64,000 bases of DNA from an uncultured virus (IMG/VR IMGVR_UViG_3300035506_000159) (Duplodnaviria; Heunggongvirae; Uroviricota; Caudoviricetes). The position numbers and the translations under genes are program-made. Position 1 is the first letter of the stretch, and each line of letters begins with the position of its first letter. The stretch lies in the IMG/VR virus record IMGVR_UViG_3300035506_000159. The stretch is one strand, 5' to 3'. The notes under the pieces are model-generated. The model had not been told where the DNA came from and searched no databases. It saw only the letters and a list, made by a program, of their open reading frames with translations. Of this stretch, positions 10,585-23,900 are shown one piece after another.

Positions 10585-13500
10585 CTATGGTTTTTCTGTG
10601 CAGGCAGAAGCAGATACTGACATCATTGAACCCGCACCAAGAGGAATAGATAAATTGCTTACAGTAAAATCTCCATATGTATTTGTAGTCTTATCATTAA
10701 CTGTAATTCTACTATTAACATCAAGGTAAAATACTGGCAAAGTCGTCATTGAAATTGTTTTCTTGAAAGTTGTATATTCCATTAAATTAGTTTTAATTTC
10801 TTCATACGCGGCATTATGACTACCGCCTGTAACTAAATTAGAATATGTATTGGCATCAAGCTGACAATATGCAATATTTTGGTCTATACATTCGTCTACA
10901 TCTGCCTGAACTTCATCTTTTGTTCTACCTGAAGCTCCTCCCGCAGCAAGAATATAGCATACCTCTGGAATTTCTGGTTCAAATAAACAATTTACATCTT
11001 TACTAGAAACAACTTTACTTCTGCGGCCAATGTTAGAAATACAATATTCAGCTATTTGATTAGCATTTGAATCTGTTGGGTCAATAAAATCTAAATAATA
11101 ACAACCACCAGTCTCTACCCCACTATAGAATCCACCATTTTTTAAATCATAAACTTGCGGCCAGAAGGCTTCAAGTTCAGGAAAATAATAATCAATATCT
11201 ACTACCTGTTGGCTCATATTTAATCCTAGTGATGAAATCCATTCATATTCTTCATCACTAGCATTTAATGTACCATTGTTATACTTATCTAGTTGAGAAG
11301 CAATAGAAAAATATTGTGTATTATCATCCGTTAAGATATAATTAGCACTAGTCCCAGAATTTTTATTAATCATTCCTTGTAAATACATTTCGGTTCTCCA
11401 GTCAGTTGGAGTATAACCTGTTTCTATATAATTATAAGTAGACGATAAGGATAATGCCCATTTAGCAAAGCTATAAGCGGTGGGATACCTTGTGCCTTCC
11501 CCATAAAAAGATTTCATAATTGTACCTTCATCTGTATCTTTATTTTCATCTTGTGGAAAAGTTGTGGGAAGATAATAAGTTATAATTTTTTCATCATCAT
11601 CTTCATCATCTAAAAATTCTCCATAGAATAAATTATCATCATCCCAATAATAAAAGTGAAAATCATATATCGATGGATTTTGTTTAACAGCATAATATTC
11701 TGTTAATGTTAATTCTTTTCTAGCATATGCAACAATATCTTCAGAATTTACTTGTTCATCTGTAATCTGGTTAAAAACTTTATTATTATTATCATCGATA
11801 GTTAAAGTATAACAAGAGTTATTTTTAGAATCAGTTTTTATATAATAATAAACTTTTGTGTTTAATTGATAATATTGGTTAAAGCTATTAGAAGATAGTG
11901 TTGTTTTCATTTTAGTGTAATCACTTGATTCTTTTTTGATAGTTTCTATGTAGTTGTCATAAACATTATCATTACTATCAATAGTAGCCGCGGTAATGTT
12001 CTCATAAGAAGTTTTAACTTCTTTATAATCCCAGTCAACAGATTCAGAAACTTCTGAAGAACTAATTATTTTATCAGAATCGGATAAATAATTTGTCGCT
12101 AAATAATTAAATTCTTTTTTATCTGCACTAATGTTAGAGATAGTCGCAGATTCAACTGTCGATATATTTACGTCAAAAGAAGGATTTAGTTTCTCAAGTT
12201 GTTCTTCTATATTCTCAATAGATTTATTTAAATTCTCAATATTTACTTGAATAATACTATTTTCTATCTCAATATTATTCATTCTAGTATTTAAAGTTAC
12301 TTCTTCTAAAATCTTTTTTGCTTGATTCTCATCTGAAATATCTTCTAAATTAAGAGTTTCAATATCAGACACTAAATCTTCTTTAATTTTTATGAAATCT
12401 TCTTTATCCTCTTCTGATAACTTTGATAAATAACTTAGATTTGATAATAAATTTTCAAGTTTTGCTTTTGCTTTATCTTTCGCGTCTTCTTCCTTTTCAT
12501 CTAATAAACCCAGTAGCTCTATAAGTCTATTTGAATCTAGCTCTTGATTTTGCAACATACTATCCAAAATAGATTTAAAAGAATCAGATAAATTTGATTT
12601 TCCAAAGTTAGCGGCAATATAATAAATAGCTACATTATATAATGTTTGCTTTGCATCATTTAGTGATTTTTGTTTATTCAAATCATCAATTTGCAACTGA
12701 ATTTCTTCTTCTTGTGATTGTAAAGAGTTTCTCTCTTCTTCATTCGTATCATAAGCTTCTAGTGAAACAATATTAAATTCAGTGTCTTTTCTAAATTGAG
12801 CATAAATAAGATTATTATCTCCAATTTCAGGTAAATCGTTTCCCATTCCTATAATTGTTGGAAAACCAATTTTAACTAATCCAGTACTTGGTTCTTTATA
12901 AATCAATAGACCATAATAAGTATTTAAATTTATAGGCTTCTTATCGATTGCTAAATGATATATTACAGAATATGTAGCATTTGTCGAAGCACTGGTACCA
13001 GTTCCTGTAACAACAAAATCATTTTTGATATTTTCATATTGCGGATTTTGTGTCATAGATGCAATATTACAATTATCAGAAAAAGAATATGTACTTTTGC
13101 CTACAGTAGTATCTACTAAATAATCATTTTCAGACATATCAGTTAACGCAATACTGCCCAAAGTCGTATTTAAGTAATTTTTCTTTTCTCTAAAATGAAA
13201 AATACCATATTCATCAAAGAAGTATTCATAGTTACCTAGATAAGAAACAAGTTTATCTAAAACACTTGTAACCGACTCTCCAGCATTTGCAGTTAATTCT
13301 TTAGTATAAACAAAATCTTCCCACACATAACCAATTTCATCTCCATAACTATATTTTAAAACAGCAGGTTTTGTTGAATCGGAGATATAATCTTGATAGT
13401 CTGAAGCCGTAGAAATATTATATGTAATATCCCCATCATTGTTTACTGGACTTAAATATAAAGGAGTATCGCCATTCCATTTAACAACTCTTTTGATTCT

Positions 13501-14142
13501 TTGCGGCACATCTTCAATAATAATATTGTCTAACTCTTCATTACCAAAGTGATTAACTAATTCTTGTATTATACTATAAATATTAACTTTAGTACTAGTA
13601 TATGCGCCAGATGCACTTTGTGTTTCAGCTTCATCAATAATTGTTGCTATTGGAAAAGTTCCACCAGTAATACCATTTAATCCGCACATCTTATCTTTTA
13701 AACTCAAACTTATATTAACAACACTACTTGTAGAAGAGGTAATACTAGCAGATGATATATAAAATACTCCTTGCGGGAACCAAAAAATAGGATACTTCTT
13801 ATATTTATCAGTTCTATTTTCTACTCCAATTTCAACAAATACTTTTTTATTAATTGAAAAATCTAAATTTAAATCTTCAACATCATAACTACCAGCATCA
13901 ACAGTGGCAGCAAGATTGCAAGTACGACGAATGGATGAAGAGCCATCCTTGGTAATACTACCAGAGGATAGCTCTCCTTGAATTTCCTTAATTGGAAGTT
14001 CACTCCAAGATAATAAAGTTATTCTTATATATTGCTTTTGGTTAACATAATCATCCAGTTTAGAGAGAAAGTCTTGCTTTTGTTGAGTAGTATTTAAATC
14101 TTGATAATATGGGTCAAGAAGATATGGATACTGTCTTTTCAT
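10585..14142 (-). CDS. Putative baseplate hub / tail tip protein
   Basis: 1185 aa; hub-like N-terminus (SSSIRRTCNL, LKDKMCGLNG, YEYFFDEYGIFHF) and C-terminus (PVFYLDVNSRI); internal coiled coil. Confidence 0.55.
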   Translation of the reverse strand: MKRQYPYLLDPYYQDLNTTQQKQDFLSKLDDYVNQKQYIRITLLSWSELPIKEIQGELSSGSITKDGSSSIRRTCNLAATVDAGSYDVEDLNLDFSINKKVFVEIGVENRTDKYKKYPIFWFPQGVFYISSASITSSTSSVVNISLSLKDKMCGLNGITGGTFPIATIIDEAETQSASGAYTSTKVNIYSIIQELVNHFGNEELDNIIIEDVPQRIKRVVKWNGDTPLYLSPVNNDGDITYNISTASDYQDYISDSTKPAVLKYSYGDEIGYVWEDFVYTKELTANAGESVTSVLDKLVSYLGNYEYFFDEYGIFHFREKKNYLNTTLGSIALTDMSENDYLVDTTVGKSTYSFSDNCNIASMTQNPQYENIKNDFVVTGTGTSASTNATYSVIYHLAIDKKPINLNTYYGLLIYKEPSTGLVKIGFPTIIGMGNDLPEIGDNNLIYAQFRKDTEFNIVSLEAYDTNEEERNSLQSQEEEIQLQIDDLNKQKSLNDAKQTLYNVAIYYIAANFGKSNLSDSFKSILDSMLQNQELDSNRLIELLGLLDEKEEDAKDKAKAKLENLLSNLSYLSKLSEEDKEDFIKIKEDLVSDIETLNLEDISDENQAKKILEEVTLNTRMNNIEIENSIIQVNIENLNKSIENIEEQLEKLNPSFDVNISTVESATISNISADKKEFNYLATNYLSDSDKIISSSEVSESVDWDYKEVKTSYENITAATIDSNDNVYDNYIETIKKESSDYTKMKTTLSSNSFNQYYQLNTKVYYYIKTDSKNNSCYTLTIDDNNNKVFNQITDEQVNSEDIVAYARKELTLTEYYAVKQNPSIYDFHFYYWDDDNLFYGEFLDDEDDDEKIITYYLPTTFPQDENKDTDEGTIMKSFYGEGTRYPTAYSFAKWALSLSSTYNYIETGYTPTDWRTEMYLQGMINKNSGTSANYILTDDNTQYFSIASQLDKYNNGTLNASDEEYEWISSLGLNMSQQVVDIDYYFPELEAFWPQVYDLKNGGFYSGVETGGCYYLDFIDPTDSNANQIAEYCISNIGRRSKVVSSKDVNCLFEPEIPEVCYILAAGGASGRTKDEVQADVDECIDQNIAYCQLDANTYSNLVTGGSHNAAYEEIKTNLMEYTTFKKTISMTTLPVFYLDVNSRITVNDKTTNTYGDFTVSNLSIPLGAGSMMSVSASACTEKP

Positions 14143-14145
14143 ATT

Positions 14146-17100
14146 TTACTCCTTACTCTCCACTTTATTATTCTGGTCTTGACCTACATTTTCTTCAGAA
14201 TTGGATTCAATCTCTTCAGGACTCTCTGTATTTTCTCCACTATTATCTGTATTTCCTTCACCATTATCATAATCTGATTCAGTTTCTAAAACATAACCAG
14301 TATAACTTATTGTTCCTTCACCAGGAACTGCGACAATTCCTGTTTTTTCATCTTTATTATACGTAAAAGAATACCAACTATTATTAAAATAAATATAATA
14401 TTGATTTTTAACAGTGTAAACGGTATTACGAGTAGGGGATATGATAGAATTAACAGTATTATAATTTGTATTGTCATTACTCATAATAAATTGTTTATTA
14501 TTAATAAATTTCAAATTTGAAGAACTAGTTTCAAAAACCAATCTTCCTCTATAAATAATTTCTTGAATATTATATTCTTTACTTAAATTTAATATTCCAG
14601 TTTCTCCAATGATAGCTCTTGAACCAGTATAAAAATCTAATTCTCCAGTATGTCTAATGTCAAAAACTGAGTAGGGATTTACATCAAAAATCAAGCCGCC
14701 CCAGTTTCTAATTGCTCTAGTATATAAAATATGATTGGAAATATATGCATAAGCATATTTCTTTTTAATTAGAGTTGAAATATTTTGATCATTAGGTTCA
14801 AAAATACCAGAATATTGTCCAGCTATATAGTCAGTAGAAGTTGCAAAAGCATCGCCTATACCTTCTTGATAACCAGTCCTTAAATAATTAAATGTACCTT
14901 CAATAGTTACAATATCTCCTGGGTCTATCCACATTTGATATATCGGTATATCTGTTGGAAGTTGATAATATCCTCTATGATTTATAAAAATTTCTTGATT
15001 TTTATCAGACGTAGAATTATTAAGTGAATTAACATTAATTGTGCTTCTATATCCGAACAAATATTCATAAGTATTAAAATACATATTTTTTGGTGCAACT
15101 GCATTTTCTTTATCTTCATAATTATATGTTTGTTTAACTAAATCATTGAGATTATTTATCTTATAATAATTAGGTTTACTAGTAAAATATAGTTTTACAT
15201 CTTTAATATAATATGCACTACTTTCATCTATAGAATTATTTCTTCTAACTCCAACACCTCGTCTTTTAATATCTTTCATAATTTCACTAACTATATCAAT
15301 TTGAGTATTAGTACTAGATGAGATATTATATAGCTGAAATGGAATAGATACATTATTATCTTCATATGCAGACGATGAATCATCATCAGAATTATCCTTA
15401 TCTTCATCACCATTATCAGTAGAAGAATTTAATGTAACTAAACTAGCAGAAGGAATATTAACAATTCCAAGGGTACTTAAATCTGATAAAGATGTAGCAT
15501 CTGCTACTTCATAAACTGTTGCAGATAAATCCCAAATTCTGCGGCCAATAGTAGCATTAGGAGTAATACTAATATCAGTAAGTATTACTGCCATTAATCC
15601 TTCAGATGGTGAGCGATAAAGTTTTACTTCACCATCATTAAGCCAATCAATTACTTCATCCCTGAAAATTCTTTCCCAGAAGGTATCATTATGTACATAT
15701 GTATTTTTATTAACATATATATCATATGAACTATCGCTACTACCAGTAATCATCTTATAACCAAAAGAAGAGCTATCGCTTTCATTGCTCTTCAAGTATT
15801 CAGCATAATATTCTTCAGTTCCATCAATACTCTTGAAATATTTTTCTCTATCGTAGAATGTTCCATCTAAATCAAGCATACCAGTGATAGTTGCGGAAAT
15901 AGAAAATTGCTTGTAATTCATAGCAGCATTTTCCGCAAATTTAGGATATTTTCCGCCTAACGTATCAATTTTAGCCCTATTAACAACACTCTTAAAACTT
16001 GAAATTTTATAATTATATTTAAGATTAAGTTGTCTATTTTGTCGATAGAATAAACAATCTTCATAGATAGGATATAAAACTTGAGAATTTTTAGGTTTAG
16101 AAATAGAGCCACTTTGACTTTCAAAATAAACAGAATATTTATACCAAACATGACTTTCTATTGCATAATCGTATATTGTTTTTTTGAAATCAGAAGTAGA
16201 AATATAATCTCCAATAGATTCCCATTCTTTAAAAGATGATTTGCTAGAGGCGCGGCGAACATGAATAATACCTCCTGAAGGGATAGGAACCGCACTATAG
16301 TCAACATATATGGAAATCATTGCCGCTTCAGAATCATATTCAGTTGATAATACTACCCCTGAAACCCAGTCATAGTTATCAGTATCCACATAATCATTGA
16401 TAATAATATCTCTAGTTTCTGTTCCAGAATATTGATTCTTGGTAGTATAATCTACTACCAACGTATAATTTCCAACTAAAGATGGAGAAGTTAAATCAAT
16501 GCTAGTATTGATAGCATTTGGATTGACATTTCCAGAAGTATAAATTGTATTAGTGGTAATTAATTCTTCCCCAGTATTTGGGTCTAGTAAATATATTCTA
16601 TATGATTCAATTGTTTCTGTTTCAGTAGAAGAACCAGTACTATTATCACCAAAATAGAAAGTACCAACTATAGGTTGAACTACCTTTGATAAAATATTAG
16701 CATTATGAAGGGCCTCATTATCAATTCTAGTAAAAACTATATGCGGTTTTGCTATTGGACGAATTAAACAAACAGAAGACCATTCAGAGAAATATTTAGT
16801 ATTACTAAGAAAATAATTATCATTTTTAGCTATATTAATTAAATCAGGAGCATTATCAGATTCATTATTGCAATCAAATCTAATTTGGACTTGATAATAT
16901 TCGTTATTATTAAAAGATAAATCAGTTTCTGTACCACCATTAGTAGTACCTGTAGTATTATTAGTATCTTCTGTAGATTCATTTGAAGAATTATTTTTAT
17001 TATTAAGATTTTCTGCAAAAACTACATTTGGGTCAATAACAAGTTTATACATCCCAGTTTCAGGGTCATATGCTGCACTTTTGTCAAATTCTTCTATCCA

Positions 17101-17292
17101 AATTCCGCTAGCAACATTTAAACAATTCAAATTAGTTTTTTGACTTCTTAAAGTGTAATGAATATATTTAATGCTGCTAGCAGAATTAAAATTAGATATA
17201 CTGTAATATATTACAGCAGGAGTATCTTTAACAAAGGCTGGCATAAAAGTAGATACAATAGGAGGATACAAAGTATTACTTGTATTAGCCAT
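14146..17292 (-). CDS. Putative baseplate / distal tail protein
   Basis: 1048 aa; TLGGKYP..YKQFSIS and KLYRSPSEG motifs; downstream of tape measure. Confidence 0.5.
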   Translation of the reverse strand: MANTSNTLYPPIVSTFMPAFVKDTPAVIYYSISNFNSASSIKYIHYTLRSQKTNLNCLNVASGIWIEEFDKSAAYDPETGMYKLVIDPNVVFAENLNNKNNSSNESTEDTNNTTGTTNGGTETDLSFNNNEYYQVQIRFDCNNESDNAPDLINIAKNDNYFLSNTKYFSEWSSVCLIRPIAKPHIVFTRIDNEALHNANILSKVVQPIVGTFYFGDNSTGSSTETETIESYRIYLLDPNTGEELITTNTIYTSGNVNPNAINTSIDLTSPSLVGNYTLVVDYTTKNQYSGTETRDIIINDYVDTDNYDWVSGVVLSTEYDSEAAMISIYVDYSAVPIPSGGIIHVRRASSKSSFKEWESIGDYISTSDFKKTIYDYAIESHVWYKYSVYFESQSGSISKPKNSQVLYPIYEDCLFYRQNRQLNLKYNYKISSFKSVVNRAKIDTLGGKYPKFAENAAMNYKQFSISATITGMLDLDGTFYDREKYFKSIDGTEEYYAEYLKSNESDSSSFGYKMITGSSDSSYDIYVNKNTYVHNDTFWERIFRDEVIDWLNDGEVKLYRSPSEGLMAVILTDISITPNATIGRRIWDLSATVYEVADATSLSDLSTLGIVNIPSASLVTLNSSTDNGDEDKDNSDDDSSSAYEDNNVSIPFQLYNISSSTNTQIDIVSEIMKDIKRRGVGVRRNNSIDESSAYYIKDVKLYFTSKPNYYKINNLNDLVKQTYNYEDKENAVAPKNMYFNTYEYLFGYRSTINVNSLNNSTSDKNQEIFINHRGYYQLPTDIPIYQMWIDPGDIVTIEGTFNYLRTGYQEGIGDAFATSTDYIAGQYSGIFEPNDQNISTLIKKKYAYAYISNHILYTRAIRNWGGLIFDVNPYSVFDIRHTGELDFYTGSRAIIGETGILNLSKEYNIQEIIYRGRLVFETSSSNLKFINNKQFIMSNDNTNYNTVNSIISPTRNTVYTVKNQYYIYFNNSWYSFTYNKDEKTGIVAVPGEGTISYTGYVLETESDYDNGEGNTDNSGENTESPEEIESNSEENVGQDQNNKVESKE

Positions 17293-17323
17293 ATTTTATC
17301 CTTTCTTCTAAGATACTATTGTG

Positions 17324-17713
17324 TTAAGATGTTTGGCCCCAAGGTTGAGTATAATCTTTAAAATCATTTTGAGAAGAACCAGTATCAATCCAAACAGTAT
17401 TGATATTTCCTGCTGGTTCTGTATCGCTCCGCACAATGAAAATTCCATTATTTAGAAAATCATAGTAATTACTAACTAGAGTTTGGAGCGTTACCCATTC
17501 AGCATCTTCACTACCATCAGCTGGCTTAATCATACAGTAAATGTTTTTAGCAGGACCTCCGATAGGAATTGCATCACTGTATTTGCCATCTTCATTCTTC
17601 TGTCGAATATATGAAATAATAGGAGTACTGGAACTAGATACTGTGGTACTATCAGTTATGCTTGTTGATTCTCCAGATGTTACTTCTATATTATCAGTGT
17701 TTTCATCTGCCAT
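17324..17713 (-). CDS. Hypothetical protein
   Basis: 129 aa, GAGGAGG RBS, co-oriented. Confidence 0.7.
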   Translation of the reverse strand: MADENTDNIEVTSGESTSITDSTTVSSSSTPIISYIRQKNEDGKYSDAIPIGGPAKNIYCMIKPADGSEDAEWVTLQTLVSNYYDFLNNGIFIVRSDTEPAGNINTVWIDTGSSQNDFKDYTQPWGQTS

Positions 17714-17715
17714 GC

Positions 17716-17940
17716 TTATTCTTCCTCCTCACCAGTTTCCTCTTCAGGTAGTTCTTCAGTATCGTCAGATTCTAGTTCAATTAACATTTCTTGCATTTGT
17801 CTTTCTTTTAATGAAACTAGAACTTTATATAAAGCATCTTCCATTAAAGATGCGGAAATATTGTTTGCGTTCATAAGCTGTAAAATATAATTTTCTACAG
17901 TATTCTGAACTTCTAATTTAAATTTATAATCATTAATCAT
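17716..17940 (-). CDS. Hypothetical small acidic protein
   Basis: 74 aa, AAGGAG RBS. Confidence 0.7.
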   Translation of the reverse strand: MINDYKFKLEVQNTVENYILQLMNANNISASLMEDALYKVLVSLKERQMQEMLIELESDDTEELPEEETGEEEE

Positions 17941-17994
17941 TTTATCTCCTTATTTTATTTTATTATACAATTGGGTGATTATCGGTCATTATCG

Positions 17995-20900
17995 CTATAT
18001 TGGTGTTGAACTTTTTCCACTAATACTAACTCCATTAATTATAACATAAGCTATCGAAGTATTATATTTTATTGCAACATTATTGTATTGTGCAAGACTG
18101 GTGCGCTGTATAGTAGGATTCGCACTATCGTTCTCTACATAATAACCAATTATTAAATCGCTTCCGTAATAATCTGCTACTGAACCTGTATACATGTTAC
18201 TACTACTGACTGTTTTCCCCGTAAGATTAAAAGAATGGGAATGATTACTATATATACTATTAGAAACCTTAGAATTTATTTTACCATTTAGATAAGTATT
18301 CAAGTTATCTATATTTTCAGATGTATAGTCAAGAGCTTTATTTATTGCATATAAATGGTTTGAAATACATCTTTTATTTTTTGGGTCTGTAGATGAAGTA
18401 CTAATATCACCAGAAGTTGAATTACATGTAAAATATTTATAATAAGAATTTATTGAACCATCCATTGATAAGTCAGAATTAAATATAAATTCACTACCAC
18501 CAACTTCTGCAATAGATTTTATTTGGTTTATTGAATAAAGTCCGTAGTTACAATTATCATTTACCTTAACTGTACCAGTAATAAAGACTCCCTGATGAGC
18601 ATATAATGATTGATTAGCAGCTATTATTCCATTAACCTGAAGATGTTGCCCAATATTAACATATCCAGATAACTCATACCGTTGATTATTACTAATTGGA
18701 TGATATTCTTTCGTTCCAAGCGAATATGTAGCTGTGCTTGACTTTAAAAAAATACCATTCTTACCATCCATTAATTCAAATCCTGTAGCACTGCTGTTTT
18801 GAGTATTTAATAATAAATAACTCAAACCACTAGAGCTGTCGATATTTGTATTATTTGTATCTGTTCTTGTCGCTACTCTTTGATACAATAAAGTTTTACC
18901 TAAATTTCCATCAATAATAAGACCAGCATCATTAATGCCTGTTTCAGATGCAGGTACATATTGATAATTAGAACTTGTATTGAAAGCAATAATATTAGAT
19001 TGTATATCAAGCTCTGAGTCTGACGAAGAAGAATTATCAAGTTTGATATATGCTTCTTTTTCAGTTTTTGTGTCTACTTCAGAAGTATAATTAAAATTAC
19101 TACATCCAACCCCTAAATTAGAGTTATAGTTAGTATTATCAGAAGTAGTCTTAAGTGCAATATTATATTTACTACTAGTGTTTTTGCTATAAATAGTATT
19201 TGTAATGCTACTACTGTTTTTATTAGGAGAATTTTCTGTGCCAATGGAGAATAAACAATCTCCTTCTTGCAATTTGGTAGTAACTCCATTTGAATTTGCG
19301 GCCATATTTAAAATACTTCCATCATTTGTAGTATCATTATTTGTATACCCGCCAAGCTTTAAAGAAAAAGAGTTAGCACATTCCATAGAAAGTGTATCAT
19401 TACTATGAATTTTTACTGTTTTCTTTAAATTTGACGATGATGATGTGCTATCTATTTGAAAATAATTAGAATAATCTGTATATTTAATATTTTCTGGATC
19501 GGTATTATTTACTTCTACATAACTATGACCAAAGAAAGCATTTGAATTAGATAGTGTTAATTTATAATCAGATGATTGTAAAGCACTTTCTTTCTTAGGG
19601 CTGGCATATAAATTTAAAGATTTCCCATATATATTAACAGTTCTAGGATATTCATCTATTGTAGTATTACCAGTAGAGATATATAACGGACTATTTTTTT
19701 CTCCAGTCACTTTATCTGTTGTTTTTTCTTTTTCAGCGTCAATAAATAACTTAACTATATTTTTCTCATCATAAGCAAATGCTGCACCAACATATTTAGT
19801 TATATTTGGATTAGCTTGTTTACCGAAAGCTCCAATATTAGAAATTGTCATAGTTGATTTATTATCTTGAACTGCGTTTGAATAAAATTGACCCCAAGCA
19901 TTGATACCAACTAAACTTTTTCTTTTCCACACAGGTGAAACATTTTTCCCATCTTCATTGAGTTCACTTGTTAAATAACGACGGTATATTGTGAAAATAG
20001 AAGTCGAATCTGGATTAATAGTTAACTCAAGGCTATCTCCACTATTTAGCGTACAATTAGCATCTGCTCCATTAAAGTCATTATTTTTATCGGACTCCCC
20101 ATAATAGTATAATGGCCTACCTTTAACATTAATATATGTAGGATTAGAACTAAGTGTAATTCCACTTTCTTTGTTTCCACAATAAATAGTATTACTAATA
20201 GTATCAGATGAATCAATATCAGTGTATATATCACTAGATAAATGTATATCTTTAGCATCATTAGGATTTATTTGAACGTCCTTTGCTTCAGATAACGATG
20301 ATATTCCTGATATATAATATTTTTCTCTTTCATCTTTCGCATATACCTCGTTGCCACTACTATCAATACATTTAATAAATGTACCTGTTGGGTCTTCCTG
20401 ATAATTCTCATCATTATCTATACTATACTTTTGGTCTGTATCTGCTATATAATTATTTGTAGACTCATACTCTATTATTCCATCGCTATTTGTTGTTTTT
20501 TTAAATACTGGAACATATAATTGACATCCTGATACTTTATCACTATTATCTGGAGTCACTTGAGTAAAAATTGGTTCTGACGGTGTTTTAAAATTATATA
20601 AATAAGACTTGCCAAATTTCCAAGAACCAATTTTACTAACTCCACCAGGAATTAATTCAATTTGACCATCAGTACTTACATTATTGTCTGAAGGTAATCC
20701 AAAAGTAGCAGAACCAGTTTTAGCATCTAGGAAAATAGATCTTTGTCCTTTATTGTAACCAAATAATCCAACCTTATCTTCATAACCATATGAAGATAAT
20801 TTATTAATAGATAATTGTTTTCCTTCTTCATCCGTCTCTAACTTAGCAGTAGTTTCAATTCCCATTACTATGCCAGTAAAAGTATTATCACTATCTTTCT

Positions 20901-23900
20901 CGCCTGCTCCAACTTGAGGAGCTAGGATTGCCGCATTATCATCAGATAAAGAAATACTAGTACCATCCCATCCATTGAGAGATGACAGGCTATAAGTATT
21001 TAAATGCATATATACTGGAGAATAAATAGTAGCAATTTCTATATCGTCTTCTGTTTTAATATGGCAAACAACCATATTATTAGTATATTGTCCGTTATAA
21101 AAATCATTTGGAGTTATTGAAATGAAATAAGAACGACTTGTCATCTTTTCTTGAATTTCATTTTCTTCGCTATCATTCTCATTAAATATTTGTTCTTGAA
21201 TAGTATTATTCTCAATATCATATTTTCCGCTATTTTTGTCAGTATCAAAAGAGACAGTTAAATCACTATATTGCGGGCAATTGCTCCAGTATTTATCTTC
21301 TTCTCCTTCAATAGAAGGTTCTCCGCCACAAGCTTCATAAGTAATATGTAAATTATATGTTATTTCTTTTGGAATATTAATTTCAAGACCAAGAGAATCA
21401 TCATAACTAGGACAATACCCAGAAGAATTATAAGTAACTTCTCTTAATAAATTAGATTTTGTAATTGTAATATTTTTAATATCATCTTGATATTCAATAA
21501 TTGGGATTGGATAAAATGCATATGAAGTATAATTAGAAATTACTTCTGATTTTTCAAAAGTAGTGCTAGTTGAACCATTACCATCATCTTTTATAACAGC
21601 ATTATTACAAGTGCGGCCAGAAGATACATTTGCAGAAGCAGAAATAATTTGATTTCTATAGCGCAAATAAGATGTTTTCTGAACTTCTTCATCTGTCCTA
21701 ATACTACTAATAGTTGTAGATTTTCTTTCACTTATATCAGTTTTATCACTTCTAGTATCTATTTCAAATGCTTTGGAGTAATTTTTACCAAGAATATCAT
21801 TTATACCCCATGATATATTAGTAGCACTACTTGTTTCATCAACATTATTATTAAATACTTGTAAATTAAATTTCATTTTATCTAATGATACAGCATTATT
21901 ATTATTCCAGCAACTAGTTCGATAAGATGTAGTTGATTCAGAATTGTCATTAAACTCAGTACTATCATCACTGGTTATTTTTTGATTATATATACATAGT
22001 GTAGGAGGTTCATTATCTAAAATACTATCTTTTAAATAACTAGAAGATGGAGTAATTCTAGCATAAATGCTAGTACCATTTGTCCCATTATCTCCTGTTT
22101 TCATAAAAGAAAAATTGGTTTGTTTTGTATAAACACTATCTTCTAACTCAATAACAACTTCAATTTGATTCTGAGTACAGCTATAATCATATAAATCAGC
22201 AATAGAAAAAGTTAAATCACTACATACACCGTCTGAAATTGTTACTTTATAATACTCTGCTTTTCCAGTTTTTTCATTTACTGTCATGTTACTAGGGGTA
22301 TTAATAAGTGTTTTTTCAAGAGGGAATTTCCAATATGCCTTTAGACCATTCTTAGAAAGATTAACTTTCTGTCCACTAGTGTCATAGAAAGTAAATGACA
22401 ACGGATAAATCACTTGCGGAGACTCATATCTTGATGAACATGGAGAAATACCAGCTTCATTATATTGAAATGTTTGATTGGCATTTTTAATTTCAATAGT
22501 ATATCCAGAAGGAGTAGCAGAATTAGTATTTGTTAAAACTATACTTGCAGTAGCAATCTGAGTTGCAGATGCATCTGATAAATTTATATATCGATTAGAT
22601 TCATTACTTCTATATACTGTACAAGAAATTGTGCAACTCTTGTCTACTTGTTCCATCGGGTAAGAAAAAGTATTCTTTCCAAGTTGAGTAGAAAATGTTG
22701 CTATTTTAGCATTTACTAATTTTGTTTTTAAAGAATTATATTGACTGAGTTTTTCTTGAGAATTTTCTTGAGAATTTTCTTGGCTGCGAAGAGTATTTGC
22801 AATACTATCTGTAGCTGTCTGATAATCTTTATTTGCTTTTGAATTTTGGTTTTCTATAACTTTTTGCAGTCTTTGATATAATGAAGAAACTAGATTATCA
22901 GAATTATAATCAGTACCAAACCATTTATCAAGTTGAGACTGTGGGTCATCATTAAAAAAGTTAGTTTTTAGATAGGCGGCTTTCATATTATTAAATTTAT
23001 CTTCGTTAGAAGTAGTTGAATCCGCATAGTAATCATCAATAGTTTTTTCAAAGTTTGATATATTTGTTAATACATTTGCCGCTTCTTGCTGCTTATTTAA
23101 TAACTCTTCATTTGCCGCATCTGTGCCAGAATAAAGCAAATTTTTCATTTCTGTTTCAATTTCAGAAGCAGTCTTATCAAAAACAGTAGTAGTACCATCA
23201 TTTTCAACAGACCAACAGAAATAACAATTATCAACAATTAAATTATTATCTGGGTCATAAATACTACAAGTTAAAACTGGTTTACCTCTGTCAAAAGCAA
23301 AACTAGTACCAACATCTGAAGTTATGGTAGCGGTATAATTATATTTATTATTCCAAATAATAAATTCTTTACTTAAAACAGTTTCTTCATTATTATAAGT
23401 TGCAACACATTTATAATAATTTTCATAAGCAGTACAATCCTTATTTTTTACATTAAAATAAGAATTATTTTCATCATCAAAAATTTTATAACCAATTCCA
23501 CCTTTTGGGCTATAGCCGCTAGATAAGAGAGAAGATACTCTTGCATCTTTCTTAAACCAATAGTACTTAGCTCTGTCAGTCATATCTTCGGTTAAAACTG
23601 TTAATTTAGCTTGAGCTGTTAAGTAATCTGGAGAGCCGTCTTTTGCAAAAATTGCACCTTCAGGAGTACTAATAGATAATACACTATCCGCGTTTGTATC
23701 TGATACGGTTTGTAAGCAATAAATTTCCAAAGCTTTAATAAGTATATTATTTGGATTTGAGTCAGCTGAATCGCTTTCTGTCTGGTCGACAAAACCACTT
23801 GAAAAAGCAATAATTGATTCAATATGGTCAAAATTTTCATTATCTATCGGAAGAATAATATTTTGATTTTGCCATGTTGTATAATTTAATGGACTACCAG